Shown: piece by piece, positions 8,909-19,098 of the stretch
How the letters are laid out: the number at the start of each line of letters is the position of its first letter
Numbering within the stretch: position 1 is the first letter of the stretch
From: a virus
Taxonomy: Duplodnaviria; Heunggongvirae; Uroviricota; Caudoviricetes
DNA: 64,000 nucleotides
Strand: one strand, 5' to 3'
IMG/VR virus record: IMGVR_UViG_3300017649_000001
Location: 24,798-88,797 of that record
Notes under the pieces: model-generated
Told to the model about the DNA's origin: nothing
Seen by the model: the letters and a program-made list of their open reading frames with translations, nothing else
The model's database searches: none
Translations under genes and position numbers: made by a program

Positions 8909-10642
8909 ATGAAACCTGATTTCTTTTATCTGAACGAAACCTCTCTTCGCACGCTCTCGCGGGGATACCTTGAACCAGGTATCCCGAAGGAGGAACTTTT
9001 TGATGCGACGGTGAAGCGATTGCAGGCAATCGCCGACGCGTCCCACCAGCGCCTTATCAAGATGGGTAAAGCGCGTGAAGGTCACTCCGAAAAGCTCATG
9101 CATGGTTTTGCGCGTTGCTGGTCTTCGCTCTCGACACCGGTGATGGGTAATTTCGGCACCGATCGCGGTCTTCCGATCTCGTGCAATGGCTCGTTCATTG
9201 CCGATAACTCGGAATCCATCTTCTACAATTTCGCCGAAATGAGCCAGATGACGCGCTTTGGTGCGGGCACCTCGTCTTACATCGGCACGCGTCATAAGGG
9301 CGCCAAAATCCGCGGCGGCGGTGAATCTGCTGGTGTCGTGCCGTGGATGGGGCTTGCGAGCGCCATTACCAATACCGTTTCGCAGGCTGGTTTGCGCCGA
9401 GGCAATTGGGCGGGCTATATCGACATTCGCTCTCCCGACATTCACGACTTCCTGAAGATCCGCGATCCGCTGCATCCTGTTCAGCACGTCAGTTTCGGCG
9501 TCTGCATCGATGACGCTTGGATGATGGAAATGCTGAGCGAGCCTCGCAACGGTGAGAAGCGCATGTTGATGGTGGATATCATCCTCAAGCGCCGCAAGAC
9601 CGGTTACCCCTATATCTTCTTCACTGATGCCGCCAACGAGGCCCGACACCCACGTCTGGTCGAGCTGGAGCGCAAGATTTGGGCTTCCAATCTCTGCACC
9701 GAGATTATGCTGCCTGCCAATGAGGAAGAAAGCTTCGTTTGCAATCTGTCGAGCCTGAATCTCTCCACTTATGACGAGTGGAAGGATACCGACTGGATCG
9801 AGACGATGATCTATTTCCTTGATACCGTCATGGACGAGTACATCGAGAAGACCGAAGGTGTCATGTTCATGGACCGTGCCAACCGGTTCGCTAAGAACTG
9901 GCGCGCTCTGGGTCTGGGTGTTCTGGGTTACCACACCGCTTTGCAGGATCGTATGATCCCGTTCGAGAGCCAGGCGGCCCGTGACTTCAACATCGAGGTC
10001 CACAAGCTCTTGCAGGAGCAGTCATACGCAGCTTCTCGCAAAATGGCTGAAGAATATGGTGAAGCGGAAGGTATGAAGGGTACTGGCCAGCGCCATTTGA
10101 CGCTCAACGCCATCGCTCCAACCACCTCGTCGTCGATCATCTTTGGCCAGGTCTCGCAGTCGATTGAACCGTGGGAGGGCAATATCTTCGAGAACGATAA
10201 CGCTAAGGGCGTGTTCACGATGGTCAACCCGAAGTTTATCGAACTTCTTGACGAATACGGCAAGAACACTCCAGACGTGATCACCAGCATCGTGAAGCGC
10301 GGCGGCTCGGTGCAGCATCTGGACTTCCTGACGCCACTGGAAAAGAAGGTCTTCAAAACTTTCGCTGAAATCAGCCAGAGCGAGATCATCCGACAGGCTG
10401 CAGATCGTCAGGTTTATATCGATCAGGGACAGTCGCTCAATCTTATGGTCGATCCCGCTGTAGATATGGACGGTAACTTCCAGCTCATTCATCAGGCTTG
10501 GGCATCTGGATGCAAATCGCTCTACTATCACAAGAACTCGGCCGGCTCCGCTCGCAAGCTTCTGCGTGACGTTGCAAACACTCCAGTTCCAGTTGCTGAC
10601 AATGACACTGGCTTTGCGCAGTGTGTGGCTTGTGAGGCGTAA
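8909..10642 (+). CDS. nrdA: ribonucleotide reductase large (alpha) subunit, class I, short form without ATP cone
   Basis: Catalytic motif 'NLCTEI'; C-terminal CxxC 'CVACEA'; only 577 aa. Confidence 0.8.
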   Translation: MKPDFFYLNETSLRTLSRGYLEPGIPKEELFDATVKRLQAIADASHQRLIKMGKAREGHSEKLMHGFARCWSSLSTPVMGNFGTDRGLPISCNGSFIADNSESIFYNFAEMSQMTRFGAGTSSYIGTRHKGAKIRGGGESAGVVPWMGLASAITNTVSQAGLRRGNWAGYIDIRSPDIHDFLKIRDPLHPVQHVSFGVCIDDAWMMEMLSEPRNGEKRMLMVDIILKRRKTGYPYIFFTDAANEARHPRLVELERKIWASNLCTEIMLPANEEESFVCNLSSLNLSTYDEWKDTDWIETMIYFLDTVMDEYIEKTEGVMFMDRANRFAKNWRALGLGVLGYHTALQDRMIPFESQAARDFNIEVHKLLQEQSYAASRKMAEEYGEAEGMKGTGQRHLTLNAIAPTTSSSIIFGQVSQSIEPWEGNIFENDNAKGVFTMVNPKFIELLDEYGKNTPDVITSIVKRGGSVQHLDFLTPLEKKVFKTFAEISQSEIIRQAADRQVYIDQGQSLNLMVDPAVDMDGNFQLIHQAWASGCKSLYYHKNSAGSARKLLRDVANTPVPVADNDTGFAQCVACEA

Positions 10643-10864
10643 ATGGCTGAGTTCCACATTCTTTCGAAGCCGGGTTGTCCATACTGCGAGAAGGCAAAGA
10701 AGCTGCTCGACAAGCGGCGTCTGACCTACACAGAAGTCTCCTTTGACAACGTGGATAAACAGGTCGCCTTTAAGAAGATGGGCTACCCTTCCTGGCCGCA
10801 GATTTTTCACAAGGGTGAGCGGATCGGCGGCTACGACAAGCTAGAAGAATATCTGTCGGCTTGA
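10643..10864 (+). CDS. nrdH: glutaredoxin-like protein (NrdH-type)
   Basis: 'CPYC' redox motif, 73 aa, immediately after nrdA. Confidence 0.75.
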   Translation: MAEFHILSKPGCPYCEKAKKLLDKRRLTYTEVSFDNVDKQVAFKKMGYPSWPQIFHKGERIGGYDKLEEYLSA

Positions 10865-10988
10865 TCAACCCCTGCATCGCGTGTGCTATATGTGAATAAC
10901 TAACTCATTTGTTATTTACAATCTCTAACGAATTGGTTACACGCGATGCAACAGCAGCAACGGAGTACGAATTGTCTTCTAAAGACCA

Positions 10989-11958
10989 AATGTTCGCCAA
11001 GGTCGTCCTTGCCAGCAAGCCGACGAATGGCGCACCACCAATCATCACCATGCACTTGCGTTATCCACGCATCATTCATTCCGAGCTGATGACGCACCGC
11101 GTATTCAGCCGCAATGCCCGTTCGTCGCGCGCCGTGCCGGTCAAGACGATGCTGGAAGAGGTGCGCAATGCGCCATTCGTTCCTTGGCATTGGGGTAAGA
11201 ACCAGAAGGGTATGCAGGCTTGGGAAGAATGCGATGAAAAGGTTCTTCGTGCTTTTGGTCCTGCAACGCTGGATTTTACGCGCGAGGAAGCATGGCTTGC
11301 AGCTTCCAGCGAGGCAGTGGCGTTTGCAGAAGCATTTGCCGACGCCGGCTATCACAAGCAAATCGCAAATCGCCTGCTTGAGCCATTCATGTTCATTGAC
11401 GTGCTGGTAACTTCGACCGGTTGGGCGAACTTTCTGCATCTTCGCGACCATAAAGATGCAGAGCCGCACATTCACGATCTGGCTGTTCTTGTTAAGGAAG
11501 CGATTGCTGGCGCTGAATATCAGGAATTGAAACCTGGTCAGTGGCATCTGCCTTATGTTCATGAATTTGAATATATGCAGCTTGGCGACTTCAACCCCGC
11601 TCTGCGCGGATTGAGCGCTAATGACCCTCGCACAGTCAAATATCTCCAGAAGCTTTCCGTGGCACGTTGCGCTCGTATTTCTTATTCACCGTTTGACGGT
11701 GATGCGTCCATCAAGCGTGAGCTGGAGCGTTATGAACTTTTGGTAGGCTCAACACCGCTTCACGCCTCGCCGGCCGAGCATCAGGCCACGCCGGATAAGT
11801 GCAGTCACTTTGAGCGCATTCTGATCGATGGCGATAAGGAGTCGATTTTGTCGTCCGGTCCCGAATTTGACCGTGCCGAGCTTGCTGGCAACCTCGGACC
11901 TGGCTGGATCCAGTATCGCAAGACCCTGCCCGGCGAATACGTGGCGGACGCAGCATGA
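10989..11958 (+). CDS. thyX: FAD-dependent thymidylate synthase ThyX
   Basis: ThyX signature 'RHRVFSRNARSSR' (RHR-x7-S-x-R); the ORF track starts at TTG 10909 and the first ATG is 10989. Confidence 0.8.
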
Positions 11959-12236
11959 AAAAGCAGGATGTCGGTGTTCTGTTCACCATCACAACGCTCA
12001 CACTCATTCTGATCACCGTCTATCTTACCTCTTGCGGTGTAAACCCAAATGAGGGTCGAAGGGTGCTTGAATCCCAAGGTCTTTCGAAGGTCGAGATCGG
12101 CGGCTGGTCATTCTTCGGATGCAGCGAGCGCGACACTTTTCGCTCAAAATTCACAGCGGTCGGCGTGAACGGCAAGCCCGTCAACGGCGTTCTCTGCTCG
12201 TCCTTTCTCAAGGGCGTAACTGTTCGTTACTTCTAA
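11955..12236 (+). CDS. small lipoprotein/membrane protein
   Basis: N-terminal hydrophobic segment followed by Cys ('ITVYLTSCG'), lipobox-like. Confidence 0.4.
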   Translation: MKKQDVGVLFTITTLTLILITVYLTSCGVNPNEGRRVLESQGLSKVEIGGWSFFGCSERDTFRSKFTAVGVNGKPVNGVLCSSFLKGVTVRYF

Positions 12237-12248
12237 CTGGAGGTCAAA

Positions 12249-12779
12249 ATGACCAATTCTACCAATACCCTGTCGGAACTGGCTGCTGGCATCTACCAGC
12301 CGCATGTTTCCGTCGCGATCAAAAAGCTTCATGAAGACGCTTTTGTTCCAAGCTACGGCACCGAAGGCGCAGCCGGCGCTGATCTTGCCGCTGTCATCTA
12401 TCCCGAAGATTATCCTGATGGCACTCCACCAGCCGGCCAGGAAGCGCTACCGATCAAGCCGGGTGAACGCCGTCTCGTAAAGACCGGCATCGCTATTGAG
12501 CTTCCTATCGGGTACGAAGCGCAGTGTCGTCCCCGCTCCGGTCTTGCACTCAAGCACGGCATCACCGTTCTGAATGCTCCAGGAACTATCGACAGCGACT
12601 ATCGTGGCGAGATCGGCGTGATCCTTCACAACACCTCGGAAAAGGTGTTCTACGTCAATCCTGGCGATCGTATCGCTCAGCTTGTCATCGCGCCAGTCAC
12701 CAAGGGTCAGTTTATCGAGGCTGACGATCTTTCAGACACCGTTCGCGGTGAAGGCGGCTACGGAAGCACCGGCGTCTAA
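12249..12779 (+). CDS. dut: dUTPase (trimeric dUTP diphosphatase)
   Basis: dUTPase motifs 'RSGLALKHGI' and 'GTIDSDYRGEIGVIL'. Confidence 0.85.
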   Translation: MTNSTNTLSELAAGIYQPHVSVAIKKLHEDAFVPSYGTEGAAGADLAAVIYPEDYPDGTPPAGQEALPIKPGERRLVKTGIAIELPIGYEAQCRPRSGLALKHGITVLNAPGTIDSDYRGEIGVILHNTSEKVFYVNPGDRIAQLVIAPVTKGQFIEADDLSDTVRGEGGYGSTGV

Positions 12780-12780
12780 T

Positions 12781-13407
12781 ATGATCATTGGCATCACCGG
12801 GGCTTCCGGCTCAGGGAAAACAACATTGGCTACTGAAGTAGCCGACTCCCTCGGCCTCAAATTCGTTCCGTCCGAAGTCAATAAAATAGCAAAAGCCGCT
12901 GGCTTCCCACATGCCAGTGTTTCGATAACTCTTGAGGAGCGTCTGGCGCTACAGCAGAAGATTCTGCTCGGTTTCGCCAAGTTTCTCGCAGAGCTTCAGC
13001 CTAACACTATCACGGATCGAACTCCGCTCGATATCGCCGCCTATATGATGGCGGAGGTAACGATGCACAGCGACAAGGCTGCAAGTGACCACTCACTTCA
13101 GCAAATCGCAAAGTTCGTGGACGATTGCGTCAGTCTGACCAATTCCAGGTTTGATACGATCTTTGTCGTTCGTCCTCTGGATAAATATGAGGCGATTGAA
13201 GGTAAGAGACCAGCGGCTAACCCCGCATATCACCTTCACACGCAACTCATTATGGAAGGTGTGGCGGCGCGAGCGCGGCGTGTAAATCAGATGGTGACGC
13301 TGATTACCTCTGATCACGACCAGCGCGTCCATATAGCTACTGAGACCATTCTGGACCGGATCGACCGGATTGAAAGTATGGTCAAAGAAAATCGCATTTA
13401 TAACTAG
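12781..13407 (+). CDS. P-loop nucleotide/nucleoside kinase-like protein
   Basis: N-terminal Walker A 'GITGASGSGKTTLA', CoaE/dNMP-kinase-like; ATG 2 nt after the dut stop; the track's upstream start at 12682 overlaps dut. Confidence 0.55.
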   Translation: MIIGITGASGSGKTTLATEVADSLGLKFVPSEVNKIAKAAGFPHASVSITLEERLALQQKILLGFAKFLAELQPNTITDRTPLDIAAYMMAEVTMHSDKAASDHSLQQIAKFVDDCVSLTNSRFDTIFVVRPLDKYEAIEGKRPAANPAYHLHTQLIMEGVAARARRVNQMVTLITSDHDQRVHIATETILDRIDRIESMVKENRIYN

Positions 13408-13511
13408 CCAATCGAACCCCTCGAAAAGCTTTGTTATAACTTAATGACTAAATAAATGATTAGTTATTTCTATTCGTTTATTGAGTTTCTTTCGACACTA
13501 AGGAGAAAATC

Positions 13512-14141
13512 ATGTCGAAGTCCGATTACGCAGCCGCCATCAAGAATATCTTCGACAAGGCGTCAGCAGCCGCTAACACTCCGCAGCGGCAGCAGATCGA
13601 GCAAATCGTTGAAGCGGCTCAGAAACACGGCGAAAGTCTCAAGACTGCAGCCGAGATCTACACATCGATCGGCGAAGTGTTCAAGCAGGCGGGTCAGTCG
13701 GTTCTCGATACTGAAGCTGCGATGCGAAAAGACGCTAATCCCAATACGGCGAAGCGGCTCACCTCCGCGCTTAAGATCGCCAATGATATGGTCGTGGATA
13801 TTCCGATCGAGACCATCATCGCGGGTCTGGGCATGATCGGCTACGACATGGACAAGTTCGTCAAAACCGCAACCGAGCTGCAGCGCCAGGCTTCGCAATT
13901 CACGTCCGACGAATGTGACTGTCCGAAATGCGCTGCGACGCGCGGTGAAGAAATCTCCACCCCAGAAGCTTCTGAAGGTGTCGCTGTTACGTCTGACGAC
14001 GATCTGGACAGCAAGCTCGCCCACATACCAGAAGAAATTCGCGGTGTTGTGAAGTCTCTCCTTGGAAACGGCTCTATCGAGCGCATTGAGGTCATCAAGC
14101 TCGACAACTCTGACGAGAAGGGTTCGTCGACCGTTCACTGA
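13512..14141 (+). CDS. hypothetical protein
   Basis: ORF with RBS aggag; palindrome motif upstream; hairpin terminator downstream. Confidence 0.5.
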   Translation: MSKSDYAAAIKNIFDKASAAANTPQRQQIEQIVEAAQKHGESLKTAAEIYTSIGEVFKQAGQSVLDTEAAMRKDANPNTAKRLTSALKIANDMVVDIPIETIIAGLGMIGYDMDKFVKTATELQRQASQFTSDECDCPKCAATRGEEISTPEASEGVAVTSDDDLDSKLAHIPEEIRGVVKSLLGNGSIERIEVIKLDNSDEKGSSTVH

Positions 14142-14161
14142 CAATCTCAGAAATAGCGTGA

Positions 14162-14196
14162 AGCGGATGGGTTGAGGTGCCCATCCGCTTGTTTCA
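14162..14196 (+). terminator. putative intrinsic terminator
   Basis: Hairpin agcggatggg/cccatccgct followed by tgttt. Confidence 0.45.
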
Positions 14197-14218
14197 ACAG
14201 CAGCAACAAGAGGAAATC

Positions 14219-15169
14219 ATGGCATCGTCCAAGAAGAATAAATTGCGGATCGCGGATCGACACCGCTTGCTCACTTTCGCCCTTCATCGTTTTCAGGACG
14301 TAAAATTGCGTGAGAAGGAAGAAAAGGCTCGCATGAAGCTTATCGATCTATTTCTCGCCGACTACAGCCGGGAAATCGAGCCGTATCTCGCGACTTCAGC
14401 GAAGGCCGCTGGCTTTGCGAAGATGAACAAAATCACGCTTCCCTCTGTAACGTATGTTGCCGAGGAGGTGAAGTCGCACACGCTGCCAAATGGCAAGGTG
14501 GTGAAGCGAGCCTCGGTCGCCACTTCGATTGATATGAAGGGTTTGCGAGTTGAGGTGGGAAATCACTACTGGCGTTCTGCCGCGGACATTGATCTGGATT
14601 ATCAGTATGGTATTCGCGGTTTTCACCTAATCGACGATCCACATCGTTTCGAGCTGAAACTTGAAAAAGATATTTGGCTTCCCGGATCTAGCTTCTCGCT
14701 CGGCCGTGACAAGGCGTCCTCGTCGCCGGATTACACGATCGGCTATCGTTTCAATAAGCAGGATACGACGGTCTTCTACGACGACGGTTTCAACTTCTCG
14801 GCGGCAACCGTGAAAGCGCACCGGGAATATATCCTGGCCCTAAATGCTCGTCTTCAATCCGAGTATGAACTTCTGATTGCCATCAAGGCTCTGATCGACA
14901 ACTGCGATGTGTTCGATGACCTGGTGCTTCTCTGGCCCGAAGCTGAAGACATGCGCACAGCGCTTTATCCACCGTCACCGGTAATCGCAGCGAGCGCCGC
15001 TCTCGTCACTCTGAATGACGAAATGAAGGAAAAACTCTGCGCCAACATGTCTGCTCGCGGCATCAAGGGTTCGCAGGTCTGCGCTGTGACGCCGAAAAAG
15101 GTGTCGAAAGCTGCCAAGCGTGGCGCTGCACAGCCAACCAAGCTGTCGGTTGTGCGAAACGCAGCCTAA
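14219..15169 (+). CDS. hypothetical protein
   Basis: ORF with RBS aagagga before the ATG at 14219. Confidence 0.5.
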   Translation: MASSKKNKLRIADRHRLLTFALHRFQDVKLREKEEKARMKLIDLFLADYSREIEPYLATSAKAAGFAKMNKITLPSVTYVAEEVKSHTLPNGKVVKRASVATSIDMKGLRVEVGNHYWRSAADIDLDYQYGIRGFHLIDDPHRFELKLEKDIWLPGSSFSLGRDKASSSPDYTIGYRFNKQDTTVFYDDGFNFSAATVKAHREYILALNARLQSEYELLIAIKALIDNCDVFDDLVLLWPEAEDMRTALYPPSPVIAASAALVTLNDEMKEKLCANMSARGIKGSQVCAVTPKKVSKAAKRGAAQPTKLSVVRNAA

Positions 15170-15234
15170 TTCAGCAGTTTAAAGTCTCGTGACAGTGGGC
15201 GCCTCCCACTGTCACCATCTGCATTGAGGAAATT

Positions 15235-15852
15235 ATGACTTTTGTGAAGATCGCAAAACCCAATGATCGAGTTGGGAACTATATGCATGTCGTCACTGGC
15301 GGCAAATATTACCCGTTCGATCCACGGCCCGAAGAGGTCGATATCGTAACGATCGCCCATCACCTCGCGACACGTGGTCGATTCAATGGCGCGACACAGC
15401 ATCCGACTGACGAACGCCGGATTCATTACTCTGTCGCCGAGCACAGCGTCTATGTGGCGCAATATGTCGAGTTCGAACTTGGTCGGCCAGACCTGGCGCT
15501 GACTGCTCTGCTCCACGATGGGGCTGAAGCCTACAACGGCGACCTTATTCGCCCGCTGAAATACTCAGAGGAGTTCCGGAAGCCATTCGAACGCGTCGAG
15601 ACGCTGAATGAAACCGCTGTCGCGCGTCGTTTCGGCATTCCCTTCCCCTATCCGCCTGAAATTAAGATCGCTGACAATGCGGTCGGCCTGGCAGAGCTTC
15701 TGACCATCGTGCCTCGAAATGACAACGAGGAGTGGCTCACCATGTTCGGCGACGATGTGAAGCCGGCCAAGATCGACTTCGCTATGTACGACCCGTATTT
15801 CGCCAAGCAGTTCTTCCTGCGCGAGTACGAGCGGATTATGCAGGTCAAATAA
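15235..15852 (+). CDS. HD-domain 5'-deoxynucleotidase (YfbR-like)
   Basis: 'SVAEHS' and 'LLHDGAEAYNGD' match the YfbR-type HD phosphohydrolase metal-binding motifs. Confidence 0.7.
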   Translation: MTFVKIAKPNDRVGNYMHVVTGGKYYPFDPRPEEVDIVTIAHHLATRGRFNGATQHPTDERRIHYSVAEHSVYVAQYVEFELGRPDLALTALLHDGAEAYNGDLIRPLKYSEEFRKPFERVETLNETAVARRFGIPFPYPPEIKIADNAVGLAELLTIVPRNDNEEWLTMFGDDVKPAKIDFAMYDPYFAKQFFLREYERIMQVK

Positions 15853-15917
15853 TCGCCGATAGACGCCCTCGTTTCTTGCGTCTATAAGTAATTAATTAGT
15901 TAGTTAGAGCGAAAGCG

Positions 15918-16136
15918 ATGACAGGCGAAAAAGAGTGGCTGGAATACAGCGAAATTCTGGGCGGAAAGATAATCGCCCAGATCGAGAAGTGGAGCGTTGC
16001 CTATGAGGCGAAGAAAATCACCAAACGTGAGTTCTTCATCGTGATTAGCGCTCTTTACGACGCCACTTCCGGGATAGCTCCCGAGGAGGTTCGCAAGCTT
16101 CTGGCCAAGATCGATGAGGAGTTGAGAGCGAAATGA
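15918..16136 (+). CDS. hypothetical protein
   Basis: Small ORF after the palindrome motif. Confidence 0.4.
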   Translation: MTGEKEWLEYSEILGGKIIAQIEKWSVAYEAKKITKREFFIVISALYDATSGIAPEEVRKLLAKIDEELRAK

Positions 16137-16489
16137 GCGAAGGTTTGAATTTTGGCAGCTTGAAGTGTGATGCGTGTGGAAAGCAGCATCCGCTTGATCG
16201 GAAGCTTTCTGCAGACATGGTTGGCACACCCTGCACTGACTGCGGCGAGAATCTTCTTACTGAAGAGGATTTCAAAGACGGTCTCGCGACCTGGGAGGCG
16301 CTTAATCTGCTGCACTCTCTGGGGCTTGCGAGAAATCCTGGCGAGGGCGTGCCAGACAATGCGCCTGACGGCGTGAGGTTCGTTCCGGCGAGCTTCAATT
16401 CTCATAAGGGGTCTGTGAACATCAAAATCGACAAGATTAACGACGACGCCACGTCGGAGAATGATGTTGAAGAAGTTTCCGAAGGATAA
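16133..16489 (+). CDS. zinc-ribbon protein
   Basis: 'CDACGK...CTDCGE' CxxC-x17-CxxC. Confidence 0.45.
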   Translation: MSEGLNFGSLKCDACGKQHPLDRKLSADMVGTPCTDCGENLLTEEDFKDGLATWEALNLLHSLGLARNPGEGVPDNAPDGVRFVPASFNSHKGSVNIKIDKINDDATSENDVEEVSEG

Positions 16490-17003
16490 GTGGATCGCAG
16501 ATGCGATTATGCGGAGCTATCTTGTCGTCCGACAGGATGGCTCCATTCTGCGTTGTCGAAAGGCTGACAAAGACGGCACCGTCTTTAAGGACAAGGGCTA
16601 CGATCTCGTAAAGCCGCAGATCCATAAGAAGTCTGGCAGGGTCTATTTCAACCTTACCTGGCGTGGCGTCACTAAGTCGGTTCTTGTCAATCGCGTCGTC
16701 GCAATTCGCTTTCTTCCCAACCCTGACAATCTCCCACAGGTCAATCACATCGACGGAAACAAAGAGAATAACGCTCTCGGAAACCTCGAATGGTCCAGCG
16801 GGTCAGATAACGAGCTTCATGCGCACCGTACCGGCCTCAAATCGGGCCGTGGGAGCGCAAACTCTAATGCGAAGCTCACTTCTTCCATCGTCGAGGAAAT
16901 TCGCGCCAGTGACGAGGATTTTCAGGTTCTCGCTGATCGATACAGCGTCAGTCGATCAACCATTCACAACGTCAAAAAAGGCATCACCTGGAGGCATCTA
17001 TGA
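16461..17003 (+). CDS. HNH homing endonuclease
   Basis: 'VNHIDGNKENNALGNLEW' HNH motif; C-terminal helix-turn-helix-like region. Confidence 0.75.
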   Translation: MMLKKFPKDKWIADAIMRSYLVVRQDGSILRCRKADKDGTVFKDKGYDLVKPQIHKKSGRVYFNLTWRGVTKSVLVNRVVAIRFLPNPDNLPQVNHIDGNKENNALGNLEWSSGSDNELHAHRTGLKSGRGSANSNAKLTSSIVEEIRASDEDFQVLADRYSVSRSTIHNVKKGITWRHL

Positions 17004-17119
17004 TCAAGACGTTTATCAATTACTCGATTGGATTCGGCATCGTTACGATGATCTGGTGCGGCATCGCTTGTCTCATAGCCAAAACCTATCTGGCGATCAA
17101 AAAGGAGATGGATAAGTGA
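17000..17119 (+). CDS. small membrane protein (39 aa)
   Basis: ATGA overlap with the HNH stop; single TM segment 'IGFGIVTMIWCGIACLIA'. Confidence 0.3.
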   Translation: MIKTFINYSIGFGIVTMIWCGIACLIAKTYLAIKKEMDK

Positions 17120-17285
17120 GGTCAGACACCCGAGCAGTTCATTTCGTGCATACGACGGCGGAAGGTTGCCATGTCGAGGTGATGTTCGACCGCCACTTGA
17201 TGACAATCAAGCCTTCTATCGACCTACCGCCGGCAGAGCGGATCAAGGCTTTTGATACAGCCGTTGAACGTTATGGAGCGTCAGC

Positions 17286-17495
17286 ATGATCCCGCTAGAC
17301 GAGCTTCGATTTGAAGTATGGCCTCCCCGTCAAAAGGGCGGTCAACAGGTTACTATGACTTCCGCTGGCGTCATGGCTACGCACGTTCCCACCGAGACCG
17401 TAGCTATATCGATGTTAGCTCGCAGCCAGCATAAGAACAGAGCTATCGCCATCGAAATGATTGAAGCGGCACTGACGCATCCATGGAGTAAATGA
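17286..17495 (+). CDS. hypothetical protein
   Basis: Small ORF overlapping the start of the exonuclease gene. Confidence 0.35.
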   Translation: MIPLDELRFEVWPPRQKGGQQVTMTSAGVMATHVPTETVAISMLARSQHKNRAIAIEMIEAALTHPWSK

Positions 17496-18049
17496 TGACC
17501 ACCGAATTGGGTCTTGATATCGAAACAACCGGACTGCTCGATCCTGATCACCGCATCATCGAGCTTTATTTTCAGGGTCGAAAAAACGGCGTGAAGATAT
17601 TCGAATGGGAAACGCGCATCAATCCGAAGCGCTCGATCACCGCAGAAGCACAGCGCGTTCATGGTATCGACTTCACTGACCTGGTTGGAAAGCCAACGTT
17701 TGAGGACGTGGCGAAAACCGTTCACGCAATCATATCCAAGTTCGACGTAATGATCGCCCACAACGGTATTGGCTTCGATTGGCCGTTTATCGAAATGGAG
17801 TTGAAACGTTGTGGTCTGGTTATTCCGGACAAACCTGTAGTCGACACCATGATTGAAGGTGTTTGGGCGACACCAGACGGCAAGAAGCCGTCATTGGCTG
17901 AATTGTGCTTTGCAACTGGCATTGATTACGACCCGAGCAAGGCGCACGCGGCAAGCTACGACGTTGAGGTAATGCTGGACGCATACGACATTGGCCGCAA
18001 ACTCAACTTCTTCTCCGACCCCGGATTGGCAACCGCGATAGCAGCGTAG
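17492..18049 (+). CDS. DnaQ-like 3'-5' exonuclease (DEDDh)
   Basis: Exo I 'LDIETTGL', Exo II 'IAHNGIGFDWPF', Exo III 'HAASYDVEV'. Confidence 0.8.
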   Translation: MMTTELGLDIETTGLLDPDHRIIELYFQGRKNGVKIFEWETRINPKRSITAEAQRVHGIDFTDLVGKPTFEDVAKTVHAIISKFDVMIAHNGIGFDWPFIEMELKRCGLVIPDKPVVDTMIEGVWATPDGKKPSLAELCFATGIDYDPSKAHAASYDVEVMLDAYDIGRKLNFFSDPGLATAIAA

Positions 18050-18121
18050 TTACCAGCCGCATCCCTTAGCGCACTCAATTATAGTGAGAAAAGAAATCGA
18101 AACGCAAAAGAGGCGCATAAA

Positions 18122-19024
18122 ATGAACACAGAAAGTACCGTTATGACCGTTGAAAATTCCGACAACGCAACACTCGCCCATCTGGATAGTCTGGATGATC
18201 TTCTGACCCAGGAAGAGATCGTGGTGGATGACGATGATGTTTCTGCCGTTATCTCGTTGGGCGAGCACGAAACTATGTCCGACTTCAATTTTGATGCGCC
18301 TGAAGAGATGGTCGAGGAGGAAATCGTCGGCGAGCACCCCGTTGAGGAGGTTGAGAGCGAGCCTGATCCGATTCAACTCGCGGGCGAAGTCGTGGAAGAA
18401 CCTGTCGAAGAAGATGAGGTTCTGGCCGACGACATGATGCGGGAGTTTGACCTGGCGCTCACCATTTCTGAAGCCAAGGATGCCGTCTACTCGTCCGCCG
18501 AAGCTGTCGAGATAATCACCGACCCGACGCAGCCGAACCCTGCTGCCGTCAAGGTGGGTCGCAAGCGTGCTTCTACCGGTGCCCCGCGTAAGGCTGCCGT
18601 TCCACGAGCCAATCGTGACATTGAGAATATTCCGGCAGAACTGTTCTCGTTGGCAAGCGAGCCTGGTAATTTTCAATACGACGAACTTGACGCTATGAAG
18701 GCGACATTTATCTCGGGAATGCCTGATATCGTGAAAGTGCGCGAGAAGATCGTGACGGTTATGGCTTCTTTGCAGAGCGGCGCAAAGCTGTCGCCATATA
18801 TTGCAATTCCAATTCGCCTGCTTATGGATCGCGGTGTTATCTCGTCTGCCGACATTGTCGCGGCCTACATGGCGACCGGCAATATGAGCACCGGTACTGC
18901 GCGCTCGCAATGCACCCAAATGATGACGCTGCTGCCGTATATGCAGCTTGCCACGCGCTCCGGTAAGGATCTCACTTTCGTAAGCGGAACAGAGATAGCC
19001 AAAAAGATCGTGCCGCTGATCTGA
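18122..19024 (+). CDS. acidic hypothetical protein
   Basis: ORF with RBS aaagagg; highly acidic N-terminal half; the overlapping 333-aa minus ORF is Arg-rich and judged spurious. Confidence 0.5.
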   Translation: MNTESTVMTVENSDNATLAHLDSLDDLLTQEEIVVDDDDVSAVISLGEHETMSDFNFDAPEEMVEEEIVGEHPVEEVESEPDPIQLAGEVVEEPVEEDEVLADDMMREFDLALTISEAKDAVYSSAEAVEIITDPTQPNPAAVKVGRKRASTGAPRKAAVPRANRDIENIPAELFSLASEPGNFQYDELDAMKATFISGMPDIVKVREKIVTVMASLQSGAKLSPYIAIPIRLLMDRGVISSADIVAAYMATGNMSTGTARSQCTQMMTLLPYMQLATRSGKDLTFVSGTEIAKKIVPLI

Positions 19025-19098
19025 GCAGTTTGGTTCTCGGGCGGATTTCACACCCGAAATCCGTCCATTGACATAACTAATTATTTACTGAGGTTAAC

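Noticed and set aside
8828-10003. 391-aa minus-strand ORF across nrdB/nrdA
   Set aside because: It lies antisense to genes carrying unambiguous RNR catalytic motifs and has an Arg-rich artefactual composition.
12682-12780. Upstream extension of the kinase-like ORF into the dUTPase gene
   Set aside because: It overlaps dut in another frame. An ATG at 12781 directly follows the dut stop and starts the Walker A motif.
15190-15215. Hairpin gtgacagtggg-cgcc-tcccactgtcac after gene 14219..15169
   Set aside because: It is a strong stem but has no downstream U-run, so it is too uncertain to call a terminator.
18050-19051. 333-aa minus-strand ORF antisense to the acidic protein gene
   Set aside because: Arg/His-rich mirror-frame artefact. 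The + ORF has an RBS and fits the operon.
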